DNA of 59,720 nt from a virus (taxonomy: Duplodnaviria > Caudoviricetes). Each line of letters starts with the position of its first letter. The stretch's first letter is position 1. The translations under genes and the position numbers were made by a program. Location: IMG/VR virus record IMGVR_UViG_3300020234_000033, positions 1 to 59,720 of that record, one strand, 5' to 3'. Of the stretch, positions 57,569 to 59,720 are shown one piece after another. The notes beneath the pieces were generated by a model. That model did no database searches and was not told the origin of the DNA. It saw only the letters and a program-made list of their open reading frames with translations.

Positions 57569-58371
57569 TAGGCGATGCGCTCGGCCAGGGTCTTGCCGTT
57601 GAACATCGTGGTGCGGACCTCGATCTCCAGATCGATGTAGCGCTTGAGCAGGTCCGGGTTGGCCCGGGCAGCGTGCCTGAGGTCACCAGTGCTGCCGAAG
57701 ATGCAGAACATGCATGACAGGCGGTCGTTGCCACCAGCGTACGCTGAGTGAGGCGTCTGGCCAGCGGCAGCGATGGTGTTCCAGACGTCATCGATTGACC
57801 AGTGCGCGATGGGCCACCAGTCGTAGGCGATCCGCGACTTGATGGTGTTCTTCTTGTTGCGGTTGAGCGTGCCACGCTGGTCGATCTTGGACTGGCGTGC
57901 CGGTGACTCATCACCCCGGATGCCGACGCAGTTGACCACGATCTTGGCGTGGACGTTTGCAGCGTGCTGGCGGATGACTTTCCAGATGGGCCCAGTCTTC
58001 AGATCGCTGGTGCAAAAGCGTGCGGCTGAAGATGGGAAGGCCGGTGCGTCCGGGCGGTTGGTCGCGTCGAGTGTGGCACGGCGCTGGCGTATCGCACTGA
58101 AGAGATCCTTGGGGGATCCATCAGCGTGAATGGCACGTGCGATCATCAGCTTGCGTCCCGGGCCGATTGTGTCGTGGATGTGTTCTTTCACTCCCGGCCA
58201 TTCGATGTCACCCAGATCAGCGTGGACCACATGCAGTTGATCGAAGGGCACGCTGCGTGCCAGTACTGTGTACATGGCCTGCGAGTCCTTGCCGCCAGAG
58301 TGGCCCACGTAGAAGTGAGCACCCTTGGCGATCAGTTGCGCGATGTCGCGGTAGTTGGCTAATGGATTCAT
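57568..58371 (-). CDS. PAPS reductase family (CysH/DndC-like) protein
   Basis: HSGGKDS PP-loop, HADLG.IEW, RFCTSDLK..PI, GIRGDES.AR, PI..W...DVW and RLSCMFC motifs. Confidence 0.88.
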   Translation of the reverse strand: MNPLANYRDIAQLIAKGAHFYVGHSGGKDSQAMYTVLARSVPFDQLHVVHADLGDIEWPGVKEHIHDTIGPGRKLMIARAIHADGSPKDLFSAIRQRRATLDATNRPDAPAFPSSAARFCTSDLKTGPIWKVIRQHAANVHAKIVVNCVGIRGDESPARQSKIDQRGTLNRNKKNTIKSRIAYDWWPIAHWSIDDVWNTIAAAGQTPHSAYAGGNDRLSCMFCIFGSTGDLRHAARANPDLLKRYIDLEIEVRTTMFNGKTLAERIA

Positions 58372-58934
58372 GATTGGTCAGCCAGTTCAGCGCGAAGGTT
58401 CTTCACTTCCTGATCGTAGATGCGGCAGTGGGCCATGACCTTGTCGGTCAGGTAGGTGATCGCATGCTCCTGCGCGTCTTCGATGTCGACACCCTTGGGT
58501 GCGTAGTACTCGATGCTGTAGTTCTCATCGGCGGGTGCGTTCACCTGACAGGTCCAGACGTAGGCACCAGCCTCGCCTCGCTTGTGGCTGTTCTTCACGA
58601 TGTCTTTGTAGTCGCGGCGGAATGAGTTGACCAGCTTCTCGATGGCCTCGTCCCGGGTGTCGGCGGTTGCCCATCCGAAGGCACAGCTTGCGAAGAAGTG
58701 GACCGGGTCAGGTGTGGGCGTGGTGGTGTCAACGTCGTCGTCATCAGCGTACACGACTGGGTCAGGTGACTCGTCGGTCTCGCGGTTGGTGATGACCAGA
58801 TTGGAGTAGCCCTGATCTGCCCAGCTTACCTTCTCGGCCTGCAGTTCGAACTGGCAGTCACCCTTGCTGAAGCTGCCGAACAGTAGCTCGGTCTCGCCTT
58901 CGATGGTGCCGTGGATCTCGTGGTATGTATTCAT
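58368..58934 (-). CDS. Hypothetical protein, first gene of the early operon
   Basis: AGGA SD; directly downstream of the sigma70 promoter. Confidence 0.65.
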   Translation of the reverse strand: MNTYHEIHGTIEGETELLFGSFSKGDCQFELQAEKVSWADQGYSNLVITNRETDESPDPVVYADDDDVDTTTPTPDPVHFFASCAFGWATADTRDEAIEKLVNSFRRDYKDIVKNSHKRGEAGAYVWTCQVNAPADENYSIEYYAPKGVDIEDAQEHAITYLTDKVMAHCRIYDQEVKNLRAELADQS

Positions 58935-58984
58935 GTTTCAGTTCCTATGTTTGGCCTCGCCTGAGTGGCTAAGCTCTGTCCCAG

Positions 58985-59013
58985 AGCTTAGTTGCAGAAT
59001 GGCACAAAGTCAA
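58985..59013 (-). promoter_or_regulatory. Sigma70-type promoter for the early operon
   Basis: Minus strand TTGACT-17 nt-TAAGCT. Confidence 0.7.
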
Positions 59014-59209
59014 GCAATCGGGCGCACTAATGTGCAGAAGTGTGCATGCGGTCACACTACCCCCTGACACCGCCCCGGATCGCATGGCACAGGGCCATAC
59101 AGGGCCTTGCCTCAGGGGTTGCAGGTTGGCCAGACGCTGGCCAGACCATCGCACGCGCCAGCGCCCGAGGGGCTGAGACCCGCAGTACAGCTGGCTCTTA
59201 GCCCGAGGC

Positions 59210-59341
59210 CCTCGGATACCCGGGGGCCTCGCCACCCACCACCTCGGATACCCGGGGCCAGCAGGCCCGGGGGTCCGAGGGGGTGGGGGGTGCTGTCTTG
59301 ATACCCGGGTAGTCCGCTGGCCAGAGCAGCGGATACCCGGG
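59210..59341. repeat. GATACCCGGG direct repeats x4 in a GC-rich non-coding region
   Basis: Copies at 59215, 59247, 59300 and 59332; the first two extend to CCTCGGATACCCGGGG. Confidence 0.75.
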
Positions 59342-59462
59342 CCCGGGGGCCGGGGAATCCGAATCGATTCGGCCCAATAGAGTCTCATACATTCTGGGAT
59401 CGGGAAAGCGAGCCGCGGCACCAAGGACCGAGCCATCGGTCCCATGACGTCTCTTCAGATTT

Positions 59463-59490
59463 TTGAATTCCCGGCAAAACGAGGTACAAT
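59463..59490 (+). promoter_or_regulatory. Possible sigma70 promoter for the rightward HNH/terminase transcript
   Basis: TTGAAT-16 nt-TACAAT. Confidence 0.4.
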
Positions 59491-59720
59491 GTTCCACATG
59501 CAAAAAAGATCCCCGTATAAGCTTCCTTGGGAAAAACGATATCAGGTCGACCCGGACACTGGCTGCTTCAACTGGCTGCAGAGTTTGAGTTATGGCTACG
59601 CGCAGTACCACCCACCCCGGGCAAAAAATGTGAAGCCGAGAACTGTGATGGCTCACCGCTGGGCCTGGGAGATGGTGAATGGCCCGATACCCGAGGGACA
59701 GGTGATCCGCCACACTTGCG
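59489..59720 (+). CDS. HNH endonuclease (3'-truncated)
   Basis: ...VDPDTGCFNW...GY...AHRWAWEMVNGPIPEGQVIRHTC is a typical phage HNH_3 pattern; start is at 59489 or 59498. Confidence 0.8.
   Translation, partial: MFHMQKRSPYKLPWEKRYQVDPDTGCFNWLQSLSYGYAQYHPPRAKNVKPRTVMAHRWAWEMVNGPIPEGQVIRHTC

Noticed and set aside
54900-57570. Intergenic repeats as a CRISPR array, attC sites or terminators
   Set aside because: The spacers are whole genes of 0.2-1.1 kb, there is no cas or integrase gene and there are no U tracts. The invariant positions match the hammerhead core instead.
58969-59713. Minus-strand ORFs 58969-59445 and 59198-59713
   Set aside because: They are Pro/Arg/Gly-rich translations of repeat DNA that overlap a promoter and the HNH gene, with no convincing SD.

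Overview
This is a near-complete (~60 kb) genome of a tailed dsDNA phage with podovirus-type (P22/N4-like) structural genes; the host is probably a proteobacterium (inference). The + strand from 1 to 38062 carries the terminase large subunit (5'-truncated), portal, scaffold, major capsid, adaptor and nozzle, two modular tail fibres, internal/ejection proteins (one with tandem Hint domains, two large polyvalent proteins) and a lysis cassette. The - strand from 38046 to 48707 carries an SNF2 helicase, VRR-NUC, family A DNA polymerase, SSB, a Cas4-like exonuclease and small accessory ORFs. The + strand from 48823 to 53040 carries a Cro-like HTH and a primase-helicase, followed by a likely origin. 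The - strand from 53330 to 58934 is an early operon bounded by a sigma70 promoter and an intrinsic terminator. The strongest finding is four pseudoknotted type II hammerhead ribozymes in that operon, each placed exactly between a stop codon and the next ribosome-binding site, which suggests a self-processing polycistronic mRNA. Other notable items are a small protein ending in an FtsZ C-terminal-tail mimic, a five-hairpin intergenic ncRNA candidate, tandem Hint domains, two PAPS-reductase-like paralogues and local GGATCC enrichment. All calls come from reading motifs by eye; no database searches were run.
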